DNA of 52,803 bases, taken from positions 1 through 52,803 of IMG/VR virus record IMGVR_UViG_3300036781_000147; one strand, given 5' to 3'. The position numbers and the translations under genes are program-made. This document shows positions 37,082 to 45,636 of the stretch, one piece after another; within the stretch, counting starts at the first letter, position 1; each line of letters begins with the position of its first letter. This stretch comes from a virus (Duplodnaviria; Caudoviricetes). The notes beneath the pieces were generated by a model. That model saw only the letters and a list, made by a program, of their open reading frames with translations, was not told the origin of the DNA and did no database searches.

Positions 37082-37798
37082 ATGGCGCGTGCATGTGTGT
37101 GTGACGACTACTTCACCGTGGACGACGCGGGGCAGCTCTGCATGATCCCCGGGTCGCTCGGCCTCCGCTCCACCCTGTCCTACCCTCCGGGTACGTACAA
37201 CTTTAACAAGACCGACTACCCGTGGCTGGCTTCCATTGTCGTGGAGGTGCAGGCGGGTGGAGGTGGCAGCGGTGGCGCCGACGCGAACACAAATGAGTTG
37301 ATCGTCCGCCCTGGTGGCGGAGGTGGCGGATACTCGCGCTCACGGTTCACGAATGCCGACCTGGGCGCCACATCGATCATTGTCGTGGGTGCAGCAGGCA
37401 GCGCGGGCTCCCCCACGGTCGACGGTGGTGGCGGTGGTAACTCCTCCTTCGCCGGAGTCGTCACGGCCAACGGTGGCGTAGGTGGCGCAACGTCCCTGTC
37501 GTCCGGCACCTCTGTGGCCTCCGTCCAGGGAGCGACTGCCGCCGCCGTGGGTGTGGGCGACTTCGCCATCGGCGGCAGCTACGGCGGAAGTGCAGTTCGC
37601 ATGTCCGGCACGGTCGCGATCGCGGGGTTTGGCGGTGACTCTCAGATGGGTCATGGAGGGCTCGGTCGTACGTCCCCCGGCAATGGCGTGGTGTCAACCG
37701 GTTACGGAGCCGGTGCGGGTGGAGCACTGTCGACAGGCGACCCCTTCCAGGGAGCGGCGGGCGGGGAGGGACGCGTGCTTATCCACCTGTTCGGCTGA
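37082..37798 (+). CDS. Glycine-rich tail protein
   Basis: AGGGGSGG, GGGGGGYS, GGNSSF repeats. Confidence 0.8.
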   Translation: MARACVCDDYFTVDDAGQLCMIPGSLGLRSTLSYPPGTYNFNKTDYPWLASIVVEVQAGGGGSGGADANTNELIVRPGGGGGGYSRSRFTNADLGATSIIVVGAAGSAGSPTVDGGGGGNSSFAGVVTANGGVGGATSLSSGTSVASVQGATAAAVGVGDFAIGGSYGGSAVRMSGTVAIAGFGGDSQMGHGGLGRTSPGNGVVSTGYGAGAGGALSTGDPFQGAAGGEGRVLIHLFG

Positions 37799-37912
37799 GG
37801 TATAGTGGCTACACGGCAACGAGCATCCGCTCGGTGTGGTATGTCCAGTGGTGGATACTGGCCCCGGTTCGCGTGCAAGCGACCGGGGCCATCCTCATAC
37901 CAGGGAGTGAAC

Positions 37913-38092
37913 ATGTCGGGATTCAACGTCGCCCACACGTCCGACGCAGACCTCATGCAGTCCGTGCAGCTGGCCAAGGAGGGGGCTCGTGAGGCGAAAG
38001 CCAGGGGCAACCAGAAGCAGTACGAGCAGTGGCACGCGGAGATCGATTCCATGGTGGCGGAAATCCGGCGTCGCGGGCTGACCAGCTACTGA
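37913..38092 (+). CDS. Hypothetical protein (moron)
   Basis: CAGGGAG RBS; flanked by hairpins. Confidence 0.65.
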   Translation: MSGFNVAHTSDADLMQSVQLAKEGAREAKARGNQKQYEQWHAEIDSMVAEIRRRGLTSY

Positions 38093-38133
38093 TACTCTGG
38101 GCTACGGCATCGCACGGGGAGTCCACGCCCCAA

Positions 38134-38175
38134 GAAGGGACCCCTGCCGGGGAGACAACCGGCAGGGGTCCCTTC
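38134..38175 (+). terminator. Terminator hairpin
   Basis: GAAGGGACCCCTGCCGG...CCGGCAGGGGTCCCTTC. Confidence 0.7.
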
Positions 38176-38356
38176 GTATGTTCGCAGAACCTGGGGTAAG
38201 GATCATCAGGTCATGTCGGACACGGGCTGTGACGATCGTCGTAGGATGGGGTTGTGGAGATCCTGTGATGTTGGATGCGGGACCGACCATCTGTTCTACT
38301 GCTGTCCCGAAGACCGAGACAGCAACGGTCCGCACCTACCCCTGAAAGGACATGCT

Positions 38357-39355
38357 TTGGCAGACGGTATCTACGGCATAGACGTGTCCGGCTACCAGGC
38401 CGCTCACTACCCGACTACGGTCGGTGGCCACCCGGTGGACTTCGCCTTTGTCAAGGCGACGGAGGCCACCAGCTACGTCAACCCGAACATGGTCGCTCAG
38501 GCCGCTTTCACGCGGGCCAACGGCGACGTGCTGGGGTTCTACCACTTCCTGCACTCGGGCAACGTGCAGGCCCAGGCGGAGTACTTCGTTACCAAGGCCG
38601 CCAGCCAAGAGGGAGACGTCCTCGCGTGCGACTGGGAGATGGGCGGGGTATCCGGCGCCGACAAGGACGCGTTCCTGAAGGCCGTGAAGAAGCTGCGTCC
38701 GACCCACCGCGTGGGGTTGTACTGCGACGCGAACCACTGGCTGAATGTCGACAAAACCAGCTACGTCGGTGACTTCCTGTGGCTGGCTAACTACAACAAC
38801 AAGCCTGCTACGTCCGGCGTGCAGCACGCCGTACAGATCCACCAGTACACCTCCACGCCCGTGGACTCGAACTACGCGTCTGCCTGGGGCACCAAGGCAG
38901 CCATGCGCAAGTGGGCTGAAGGGCTGATCACCGGCTCGACACCCAGCACCTCCACCCCGAGTACGACAGACGAGGAGATCGACGTGACCCAAGCTGAGCT
39001 GGAAGCTGCCTTCCGCAAGATCCTCATGGAGAAGGACGGCGTCTATCCGGCGCCGAAGGACGCGGCCGACTACGACCCGACGCCCGGTTCGCCCGGCAAC
39101 GGCTGGTCCGGAGTGACCTGGTACCGGGACGTCGACACACGCATCCGTCAGATGCCGGAGAAGACGGCGGAGGCCGTGTGGTCGTACAAGATCGACAACC
39201 CGGCTCGCCCCGACGCGGACGGCAACCCGGCCCAGACCCCCGCCTCCAGCTTCCAGCGGAGCGAGGACAGCCACTACGACGCGCTGGCCGCTCGTCTGGC
39301 CACGCTCGAAGCGAAGCTCGATCAGCTCATCGCGGCTCTGCCCGCCAAGGGCTGA
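38357..39355 (+). CDS. Endolysin, GH25 muramidase
   Basis: GIDVSGYQ, FVKATE, GFYHF, CDWE, QYTS motifs; GAAAGGA RBS with TTG start. Confidence 0.93.
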   Translation: MADGIYGIDVSGYQAAHYPTTVGGHPVDFAFVKATEATSYVNPNMVAQAAFTRANGDVLGFYHFLHSGNVQAQAEYFVTKAASQEGDVLACDWEMGGVSGADKDAFLKAVKKLRPTHRVGLYCDANHWLNVDKTSYVGDFLWLANYNNKPATSGVQHAVQIHQYTSTPVDSNYASAWGTKAAMRKWAEGLITGSTPSTSTPSTTDEEIDVTQAELEAAFRKILMEKDGVYPAPKDAADYDPTPGSPGNGWSGVTWYRDVDTRIRQMPEKTAEAVWSYKIDNPARPDADGNPAQTPASSFQRSEDSHYDALAARLATLEAKLDQLIAALPAKG

Positions 39356-39456
39356 CACAGACTGGTCGGGCAGAGCGTGTACCCCTGAACACTCTCTGCC
39401 CGACCGACGCACCACCTTACCGGGAACCTCCTGATCACTGCGAAGGAAGACACGCC

Positions 39457-39714
39457 ATGAAGTACCTGAAGTCTCTCGTAGAGCTGGTGGTGCTCACGTA
39501 CGCCACCTCGTTCCTTGGCCTGCTGATGGCGGACGGGTTCGACCTGACCAACGTGAGCAGCCTCAAGGTTGCGGGCATCTCCGCCCTGCCCGCCGCGCTG
39601 GCCGTCCTGTACGGAGCGCTGTCCAAGCTGCTCGGCAACTCCGACAGTGCCGTCGTCGTGGACACCCGGAGCGACGTAGCCGACGTCGACCCGTCTATCT
39701 CCACCAACAGCTGA
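39457..39714 (+). CDS. Holin
   Basis: Two TMs, follows endolysin. Confidence 0.8.
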   Translation: MKYLKSLVELVVLTYATSFLGLLMADGFDLTNVSSLKVAGISALPAALAVLYGALSKLLGNSDSAVVVDTRSDVADVDPSISTNS

Positions 39715-39746
39715 GCCACCTTCCACCTACCGAACCGGGGGAACAG

Positions 39747-40007
39747 ATGTCCGACGGCGAATCATCCATGAACGTTGCGGCTGAGCTTGCCGTCCTACGT
39801 GGTGAGGTTAGGTTGGGTCTCTCGCGCATCGAGGGCCAGCTGAACCTGCTTGTCCAGTCTCAGGCCCAGACGGGCAAGGACATAGACGACCTGGACAAGC
39901 GTGTCACTCAGTTGGAGGCCCGTCGTTGGCCTCTCGGTCCCATCGCGGCCGTGAGTGGCGTGGTGAGTGCGGTCATTGCGGCACTCGCCATTGTGGTTCA
40001 TGTCTGA
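39747..40007 (+). CDS. Lysis-cassette membrane protein (coiled coil + C-terminal TM)
   Basis: RVTQLEARRWP followed by TM. Confidence 0.75.
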   Translation: MSDGESSMNVAAELAVLRGEVRLGLSRIEGQLNLLVQSQAQTGKDIDDLDKRVTQLEARRWPLGPIAAVSGVVSAVIAALAIVVHV

Positions 40008-40021
40008 CCCCTGCAGACAGC

Positions 40022-40056
40022 AGAGAGCCCCTCACACGACCGGTGAGGGGCTCTCT
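40022..40056. terminator. Bidirectional terminator between convergent arms
   Basis: AGAGAGCCCCTCAC...GTGAGGGGCTCTCT. Confidence 0.75.
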
Positions 40057-40060
40057 CGTT

Positions 40061-40153
40061 TCAGCTGTCCCGTTTCGGCTGCTGCGGGATGGTGGGACGC
40101 GGCCCCTCGCTGGGGTGTGGCTGGCGGGGCTGGGGGATGGTCGGTGTGCGCAT
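40061..40153 (-). CDS. 30-aa proline-rich peptide
   Basis: GAGGAGAG RBS; MRTPTIPQPRQPHPSEGPRPTIPQQPKRDS. Confidence 0.5.
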   Translation of the reverse strand: MRTPTIPQPRQPHPSEGPRPTIPQQPKRDS

Positions 40154-40166
40154 AGTCTCTCCTCAC

Positions 40167-40403
40167 TCAGGTCCGGATACGGCCACAGGTGCAGCACTGG
40201 AGGACGAACAGATGAGCTACCCAGTCATTGACGTAGGCATGCCTATCACCCGGACACTCGGCTCGAACCGGGCCACCTATGGCTGGTTGCCCGAGGCTGG
40301 CCGCTGCCCGGTCGATGACTCCGCGACTGGCGTTGGTCACCCAGTGGCTCAGCTCCGCCGTGACCACCTTACGGAACATGATCTGTTGCTCTGTCTCACT
40401 CAT
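40167..40403 (-). CDS. Hypothetical protein with C-terminal Cys/His cluster
   Basis: GAGGAAG RBS; C..H...CCTC. Confidence 0.6.
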   Translation of the reverse strand: MSETEQQIMFRKVVTAELSHWVTNASRGVIDRAAASLGQPAIGGPVRAECPGDRHAYVNDWVAHLFVLQCCTCGRIRT

Positions 40404-40411
40404 GATCTTCC

Positions 40412-40684
40412 TCAGATTTCGACGGGCTGGTATCCCTCGGCACGGGCGGCAGCAATGCCTTCCAGGTGGCCTGCTATGGCGGCCGGGTCCTCCTGCATGT
40501 CGAGCCAAAGAGCCAGGCTGTAGGCGCCGCCACGAGCCATCCTGCGTGCTTGGGTGAACTGCTCCATGAAGCGCTGGCGGTCCCGGTACTCATCGATGGC
40601 CAGCACCCGTACCCGGGCCGTCTGCCCCGTGTCGGTGGGCAACCGGTCGCGGTCGTCCCCTTGGTAGACGTATCGGTCGCTCAC
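40412..40684 (-). CDS. Hypothetical protein
   Basis: GTGA coupling, GGAG RBS. Confidence 0.65.
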   Translation of the reverse strand: MSDRYVYQGDDRDRLPTDTGQTARVRVLAIDEYRDRQRFMEQFTQARRMARGGAYSLALWLDMQEDPAAIAGHLEGIAAARAEGYQPVEI

Positions 40685-41010
40685 TGCTCCACCCATTTCA
40701 GGCGACGGACCAGCCAACCGGCTTCCGTCATGCCGTGGTCGTTGAGCAGGTTGATCGCATCGTCCAGTGCTTCCTGACGGACGGATGCGATCTTCAGGTG
40801 CTGATCGAGCTTCATCAGGCGTGCCTCGACTTGCTCCGCGTCCTGGGCCAGCTTGTCGATCTGAGCCTGTACGGATGATTCCTTGCGTGTCCGATGTGCC
40901 CGCTCCATCTCCGACCGCATCGTCTCGGACGCCCGGAGCTCCGCCTCTCGCTCCCCCGACTCGCTCAGCATGTCCCATGCCTTCAGTCGTTCCTCCCGGC
41001 CCCACTTCAT
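40681..41010 (-). CDS. Coiled-coil hypothetical protein
   Basis: GAGGGG RBS; downstream of degenerate cassette promoter at 41051. Confidence 0.75.
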   Translation of the reverse strand: MKWGREERLKAWDMLSESGEREAELRASETMRSEMERAHRTRKESSVQAQIDKLAQDAEQVEARLMKLDQHLKIASVRQEALDDAINLLNDHGMTEAGWLVRRLKWVEQ

Positions 41011-41050
41011 GCTGTGTCCCCTCTGCTCGGTGAGTGCTGTACGGCAGACG

Positions 41051-41083
41051 CTACAGGGGTTGCACCCACATCACAACCCCTGT
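41051..41083. repeat. Degenerate copy of cassette palindrome/promoter
   Basis: CTACAGGGGTTGCAC-CCACA-TCACAACCCCTGT. Confidence 0.8.
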
Positions 41084-41089
41084 TCCTCG

Positions 41090-41641
41090 TCAGCTGGCGA
41101 CCTTGAGGGAACGGCTGTTGCACGCGGCGCAGTACTGCACGAGGCGGGCGGACAGACGGCCGTGAGTGGTCATGTCGTGGCCGTTGATGCAGCGCTCCGT
41201 CATGGGCCGCATGCCGGTCAGAGACCGCAGCTGGGAGCGGAGCTCAGCCCGCATGGGATCGTCCACCAGGTGGCGGCCCTTCACGCACCTGCTCTCGTCG
41301 CAGTCGGCCTTGACCATGCCGACCGGGGGCCGCTCATACATGGCCTCAAAGACCAGCCGACGCACTCCGTACTCCTTCCCCCGGTGACGGACCAGAGGCA
41401 CGCCGAAGCGGCCTGTACGCCCGCTCCACAGCACGTGACCGTCCTGGTGGACCATGTGGTCAAGGAGTTTGTCAGAGAGGCTTGACGCGTTGCTCAGAGG
41501 CGCCACGCCCAGCATCCTGCGAACGCGGGCAACGGCACTCACCGCAGCGTGCACCTCCGCAGCGGTCCGCTTGTCGGACCAGCCTTTCAGGATGAGTTGC
41601 TCGATACGGGCGTGCTTCGGGTGTCGATAGTTCGTGTCCAT
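41090..41641 (-). CDS. HTH + degenerate HNH-endonuclease-like + Zn-finger protein
   Basis: N-terminal HTH; GHVLWSG...RRLVF...ADCDESRCVKGRHL; CINGH...CAAC. Confidence 0.7.
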   Translation of the reverse strand: MDTNYRHPKHARIEQLILKGWSDKRTAAEVHAAVSAVARVRRMLGVAPLSNASSLSDKLLDHMVHQDGHVLWSGRTGRFGVPLVRHRGKEYGVRRLVFEAMYERPPVGMVKADCDESRCVKGRHLVDDPMRAELRSQLRSLTGMRPMTERCINGHDMTTHGRLSARLVQYCAACNSRSLKVAS

Positions 41642-41756
41642 GAGTATCACCCTACCCGCACATGCACCCGGCACACAACACCGCACCCCCTGGCCCAGGG
41701 AGTGGCCAGGGGGTGCGGTGGAGCACGACAGCTCTTGTTACCGGTGTAACTCTACC

Positions 41757-42032
41757 TCACGTTTGCGCCATGCGGCGCATTACCCGCTGCGACCGCGCTG
41801 TACGGCGCTCTGCCGGGGTGAGGCCGCCCCACACGCCGTACGACTCCTTGCGGTCCTGGGCTGCCGCGAGGCAGGCAGTCATGACCGGACAGGCATGGCA
41901 GGTGGCGCGGGCAGCGTCGATCGCCTCGTGGTCCTCGTCGGCGGGGAACATGTTCGGGGAGCCCAGCTTGGAGCACTCAGCATCCAGCTTCCAGTCGTGG
42001 GTGTCCGGGAAGCGGAAGTCAGTGGCGGTCAT
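41757..42032 (-). CDS. whiB: WhiB-family transcription factor
   Basis: W...AEC, CHACPVMTAC, GVWGGLTPAER. Confidence 0.95.
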   Translation of the reverse strand: MTATDFRFPDTHDWKLDAECSKLGSPNMFPADEDHEAIDAARATCHACPVMTACLAAAQDRKESYGVWGGLTPAERRTARSQRVMRRMAQT

Positions 42033-42088
42033 CGTGTCTCCTTCGTGACGGAGAGGGACCATTTCGATCCCTTTCCAGCGGGTGTGGA

Positions 42089-42442
42089 TCAGGCGGACAG
42101 GTGGGCGAGCATGGTGGCCTTGGCAACGACGAACCGGGCGGCACGGGGGTTGTAGGCGTGCAGTGCGGTGAGCACCTGGGTCCGGTGGTAGCGGTAGGCG
42201 ACTCGCTTGTGAGAGCCCTTCGGAAGCTTGCCCTTGGCGGTGCGAGTGACCAACACGCGTCGGCAGTCGCTTCCCTGCTGCTTGGCCTTGGCCCGCAGAG
42301 CGCCGCCGATGCCGGATGCCGTGTTGGCGTCCAGTCCGGCCGTGATCGCGTGCGACGCCATAGTGTGCGCCTTACGGGCAGAGCGTCGGGCAGCCTCACG
42401 GGTGCGGACCGTGTTGCGGATCTGTCGGGCCTTGGCGTTCAT
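42089..42442 (-). CDS. Basic hypothetical protein (cassette 1)
   Basis: CAGGGAG RBS; own cassette promoter. Confidence 0.75.
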   Translation of the reverse strand: MNAKARQIRNTVRTREAARRSARKAHTMASHAITAGLDANTASGIGGALRAKAKQQGSDCRRVLVTRTAKGKLPKGSHKRVAYRYHRTQVLTALHAYNPRAARFVVAKATMLAHLSA

Positions 42443-42476
42443 CGTGTCTCCCTGGTCTGTCGTGCTGACAAGAGAA

Positions 42477-42524
42477 ACACTACAGGGGTTGCACCAACAG
42501 TGCAACCCCTGTAGGTCAAGCTGG
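42477..42524 (-). promoter_or_regulatory. Cassette repeat 1: 35-bp palindrome containing TTGCAC-N17-TAGTGT promoter
   Basis: CTACAGGGGTTGCAC-CAACA-GTGCAACCCCTGTAG. Confidence 0.85.
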
Positions 42525-42533
42525 AACTTCGGA

Positions 42534-42893
42534 TCAGCGCTGGGCCCACCGGAGCTCAGCGGCTACGAGTGCAGCGTCCCACGTCTCCTGCCTGTCCTGG
42601 ACCGACTGGGCCTTGAACAGTGCCTCACGAACCTCCCACGAAGCGGAAGGGACCAGTTCACCCACAACTCTCATCGCGTCGACCCCACCGTACGGCGTGT
42701 CGTACCGGCTCAGTTCTGTGACCGGGACCCCCAGACGGTGTAGCACGTGGCCGACCACACAGCTCGGAGCGCCGTCACGGACGTACTGGCAGTTGCCCTC
42801 TGCGTCGCTCTCATACACGTAGTTGGGCCGTTCAGCCACGACGTTGTGCAGGGTCAACATGATCTTCTCGTCGCTCGCGTAGACGTGCTTCAC
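42534..42893 (-). CDS. Hypothetical protein (cassette 2), paralog of 42983-43360
   Basis: SDEK..ERP.YVYES...C.YV.DGAPSCV.GHVL.RLGV...AQ..QD...W. Confidence 0.85.
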   Translation of the reverse strand: MKHVYASDEKIMLTLHNVVAERPNYVYESDAEGNCQYVRDGAPSCVVGHVLHRLGVPVTELSRYDTPYGGVDAMRVVGELVPSASWEVREALFKAQSVQDRQETWDAALVAAELRWAQR

Positions 42894-42897
42894 GGTC

Positions 42898-42974
42898 TCT
42901 CCCTGGTTGGTGGTCTGTCGATAGAGACACTACAGGGGTTGCACCAACAGTGCAACCCCTGTAGGTCAAGCTGG
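42898..42974 (-). promoter_or_regulatory. Cassette repeat 2
   Basis: Palindrome 42930-42964 plus leader/RBS near-identical to 43365-43432. Confidence 0.85.
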
Positions 42975-42982
42975 TCCGCGTA

Positions 42983-43360
42983 CTACTTCGCGAACTGATC
43001 CATGTAACGAGTCGCCATGCCCAGCGAGTGGGTCCAGTCGTAGCCCTGGTCCTGGCTAACCTGGGCCTCACGAAGTGCGCTCGCCATGTCATCGCTCACC
43101 CCGTCCAGCGTCTTACCTACGACCTCGTCAGCACCCGACCCGCCGCCGTTGTCGAACCGGGCCAGGGTGTCCAGCGAGACACCCAGCCGGGACAACACGT
43201 GTCCAATCACGCAGCTCGGGGCGCCGTCCTGGACGTACAGACAGACGGTGTCGCCCTCCGCGTCCTCCATACCGCTCTCGTACACGTAGTCGGGCCGCTC
43301 CGACACGACCTCGGACAGCATGGCCATGACCTTCTCGTCACTGGTCCCGATCTTCCGCAT
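42983..43360 (-). CDS. Hypothetical protein (cassette 3), paralog of 42534-42893
   Basis: Shared motifs as above. Confidence 0.85.
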   Translation of the reverse strand: MRKIGTSDEKVMAMLSEVVSERPDYVYESGMEDAEGDTVCLYVQDGAPSCVIGHVLSRLGVSLDTLARFDNGGGSGADEVVGKTLDGVSDDMASALREAQVSQDQGYDWTHSLGMATRYMDQFAK

Positions 43361-43364
43361 GACC

Positions 43365-43432
43365 TCTCCCTGGTTGGTGGTCTGTCAATAGAGACACTAC
43401 AGGGGTTGCACCAACCGTGCAACCCCTGTAGG
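43365..43432 (-). promoter_or_regulatory. Cassette repeat 3
   Basis: Palindrome 43397-43431 plus CCAACCAGGGAGAG leader. Confidence 0.85.
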
Positions 43433-43436
43433 CGAA

Positions 43437-43643
43437 TCAGTCGAGCATCTTCCTCACGCTGTCCAACCGCACCTTCGCGATGCCCACAGAGCGCACCAGC
43501 TGTTGCCCCCGAGGACACGGCCGGTCGTCGGTGCAGGCGGAGCAGTAGTGGCCGTGGGCAACCGACTTGCTGCGGAGTCCTTCCAGCACCATGGCCCGGT
43601 GCTCGATGATCCCCTCGATGCGGTCCCTGTTCAGCTGATCCAT
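43437..43643 (-). CDS. Small Zn-binding protein
   Basis: HYCSAC...PCPRG motif; CAGGGAGAGG RBS. Confidence 0.75.
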   Translation of the reverse strand: MDQLNRDRIEGIIEHRAMVLEGLRSKSVAHGHYCSACTDDRPCPRGQQLVRSVGIAKVRLDSVRKMLD

Positions 43644-43770
43644 GATCTGTCCTCTCCCTGGGGTGTAGCAACAGCATACAGCAATGAGCCCCGTGCAACT
43701 AGTGCACGGGGCTCATGAACTACCAATCACCTACTGCTCACGTATGGACTGCGTCCATTCTGAGCAAAGC

Positions 43771-44211
43771 TCAGGCCCAGGGGTCGTCAGCCTTGGTGGG
43801 CTCAGTCGCTGCAGCGATCACGCCGTTGGCGAGGAACTCCTTGGCCTGCTTCACCTGGTCCTCGGACGGGGGCAGGATGATGAACGGAGGCTTCTGGTTC
43901 TTCTTCGCCTCACCGAGGCCGAGGACACCCAGCAGCGGGCGGCCGTTGGGGTGGGTCGGGGACTTCACCCGCGACTTCAGGGCGCCGATGAGACCACCCT
44001 GCAAGAGCTGAGCACTGGCGAACTCCTCGCCCGTGTCGATGTTGACGATGTCCGTCACCACAGCGTCCTTGTTGCCGAACGTGGTGACAACCGGGTCGGT
44101 CTCCTTGTCACGGTAGGAGACGGGGCGGAACAGCAGAAGCGCTCCGATGCTCTCCTTCGGAGAGAAGTACTCACCGGTGAACTCAGTTGCGACGTCGAAC
44201 TCTTCGGACAT
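43771..44211 (-). CDS. Putative ssDNA-binding protein
   Basis: Follows exonuclease; beta-rich; acidic/aromatic tail (DDPWA). Confidence 0.6.
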   Translation of the reverse strand: MSEEFDVATEFTGEYFSPKESIGALLLFRPVSYRDKETDPVVTTFGNKDAVVTDIVNIDTGEEFASAQLLQGGLIGALKSRVKSPTHPNGRPLLGVLGLGEAKKNQKPPFIILPPSEDQVKQAKEFLANGVIAAATEPTKADDPWA

Positions 44212-44325
44212 TTCTTCTCCGATGCTTGCTGCGAGAGGTGGGACAAATGCCCCGGTCGTTCTGAGTACAGCTTACCACCTGCGTGAGGGGCTGTGTCAAC
44301 AGCGACACAGCCCCTCGTTGGTTGA

Positions 44326-45369
44326 TCAAGCAGGCAGCTCTGAGGCCAGACGACGAGCCACGCCTACGAGGTATGACGACCACTCGTCTGATGCCTTGGC
44401 AGCCCTCATGACCGCCTTCAGACCAGCCACGTCCGGCGCCGCGTTTAGGCGTTCCTCCCAGCGGATGTCACTGTTGTCCTGCTGAGTGGCAGGCGTCGTC
44501 AGCTGGGGGCGGTAGACACCCGGAGCCCGCTTGATCTTCTGCGAGTCACGTACCGCACAGGCAAGGTCCAGCCGGGCCCGCCCCGCCTCAAGGTCAGCCG
44601 TGAGGATCTCCACCTCGTGGGAGTGGCTGTTGCTCGGCATGTGGATGACCAGGCCCACGTGGTGGTCCACCCGGGGAGCCGGGATGTAGTGGCTCACCCC
44701 GTCGTACAGGCCCGTGCTCGCGCAGCCGTCCTCGTAGGCCGCGAGCTGCGCTTCGATCTTGTCGTACCCGAAGTCCATGGACTCCCCGGTCTTGACATCA
44801 GCCAGGATGTAGTCGCCTGTGGCGGTGCGGTAGATCCTGTCGAACGTGCCGCCCACGTTGTACCGTACGGAGACCGTACGACGCTCGATCAGCTCGGGGA
44901 GTGCCGTCAGCCCGTGAGCGTCCAGCGCTTCCTGATACGCCTTGATCACCGGGTGGAAGGGAGCCGGGATACGGTTCAGGTCGTGGTACTCGTCCCACAG
45001 CTCAGTGGCCTTGTGGACGTTGGTGCCCCGGCCCGACTTGGCGTTGCCGCCGCCCGCGTCGAAAGCACGATCGACGATCTTGTTCATAGCCTTCTTGTCC
45101 TCGCGCACGTCCATCATGGACGCTTCCTCGCCCAGCTCCGGGCGGATGGCGAGACCCTTCAGGACCACTCGGTTCTTCCACAGCTCAAGGTTGAAGCGGT
45201 CTGACCCCTTCTCTGTCAAGGTCGTCACCCGCTGCCACGCCGTACGGCTGCCGGTCACGGGGTGGGGCATCAGATAGCGGCCCCACTGATCCCGCTTCGG
45301 CTGTGCCTTCCATGCCGGTTCCCCGGTCGGGATCGTCGGCTCACTGCCCGCCACGTCGAACTCTGTCAC
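44326..45369 (-). CDS. PD-(D/E)xK (Cas4/RecE-like) exonuclease
   Basis: RDQWGRY, RVTT, GTNVH, GTFDRI, DVKTG, QLAAY motifs. Confidence 0.88.
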   Translation of the reverse strand: MTEFDVAGSEPTIPTGEPAWKAQPKRDQWGRYLMPHPVTGSRTAWQRVTTLTEKGSDRFNLELWKNRVVLKGLAIRPELGEEASMMDVREDKKAMNKIVDRAFDAGGGNAKSGRGTNVHKATELWDEYHDLNRIPAPFHPVIKAYQEALDAHGLTALPELIERRTVSVRYNVGGTFDRIYRTATGDYILADVKTGESMDFGYDKIEAQLAAYEDGCASTGLYDGVSHYIPAPRVDHHVGLVIHMPSNSHSHEVEILTADLEAGRARLDLACAVRDSQKIKRAPGVYRPQLTTPATQQDNSDIRWEERLNAAPDVAGLKAVMRAAKASDEWSSYLVGVARRLASELPA

Positions 45370-45439
45370 GATGGGACTCCCAGCTACTCGCGCGTCGGCC
45401 GTGTGCCTCTATGACGCGATGATGAAACCAGGATACATC

Positions 45440-45631
45440 ATGGGTCACCAGCAGTACATCTCCGTAGCCGAGGCAGCGTGGCGCCTCAACCTGACCGAAG
45501 CGGAAGTAATGCGGCTCATCGCTACCGGCCTACTGGATCGCTACCGATACAGAGGGCTGTACGTACGCGTGAGGGCCGACCAGGTGGAGGAGCTCCGCCC
45601 GATCGGCCCTCAGCTACTGCGGCTAGCCTGA
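45440..45631 (+). CDS. Excisionase-like HTH DNA-binding protein
   Basis: ISVAEAAWRLNLTEAEVMRLIATGLL...RVRADQVE. Confidence 0.75.
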   Translation: MGHQQYISVAEAAWRLNLTEAEVMRLIATGLLDRYRYRGLYVRVRADQVEELRPIGPQLLRLA

Positions 45632-45636
45632 GCCCC

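Noticed and set aside
42477-43432. CRISPR array or integron
   Set aside because: Spacers are ~420-bp genes; no cas operon or integron integrase; repeats are promoter/terminator units
44326-45369. CRISPR-associated Cas4
   Set aside because: Stand-alone phage exonuclease in a replication/recombination context
45440-45631. Integration/excision module
   Set aside because: Only an Xis-like HTH; no tyrosine or serine integrase or attP recognised
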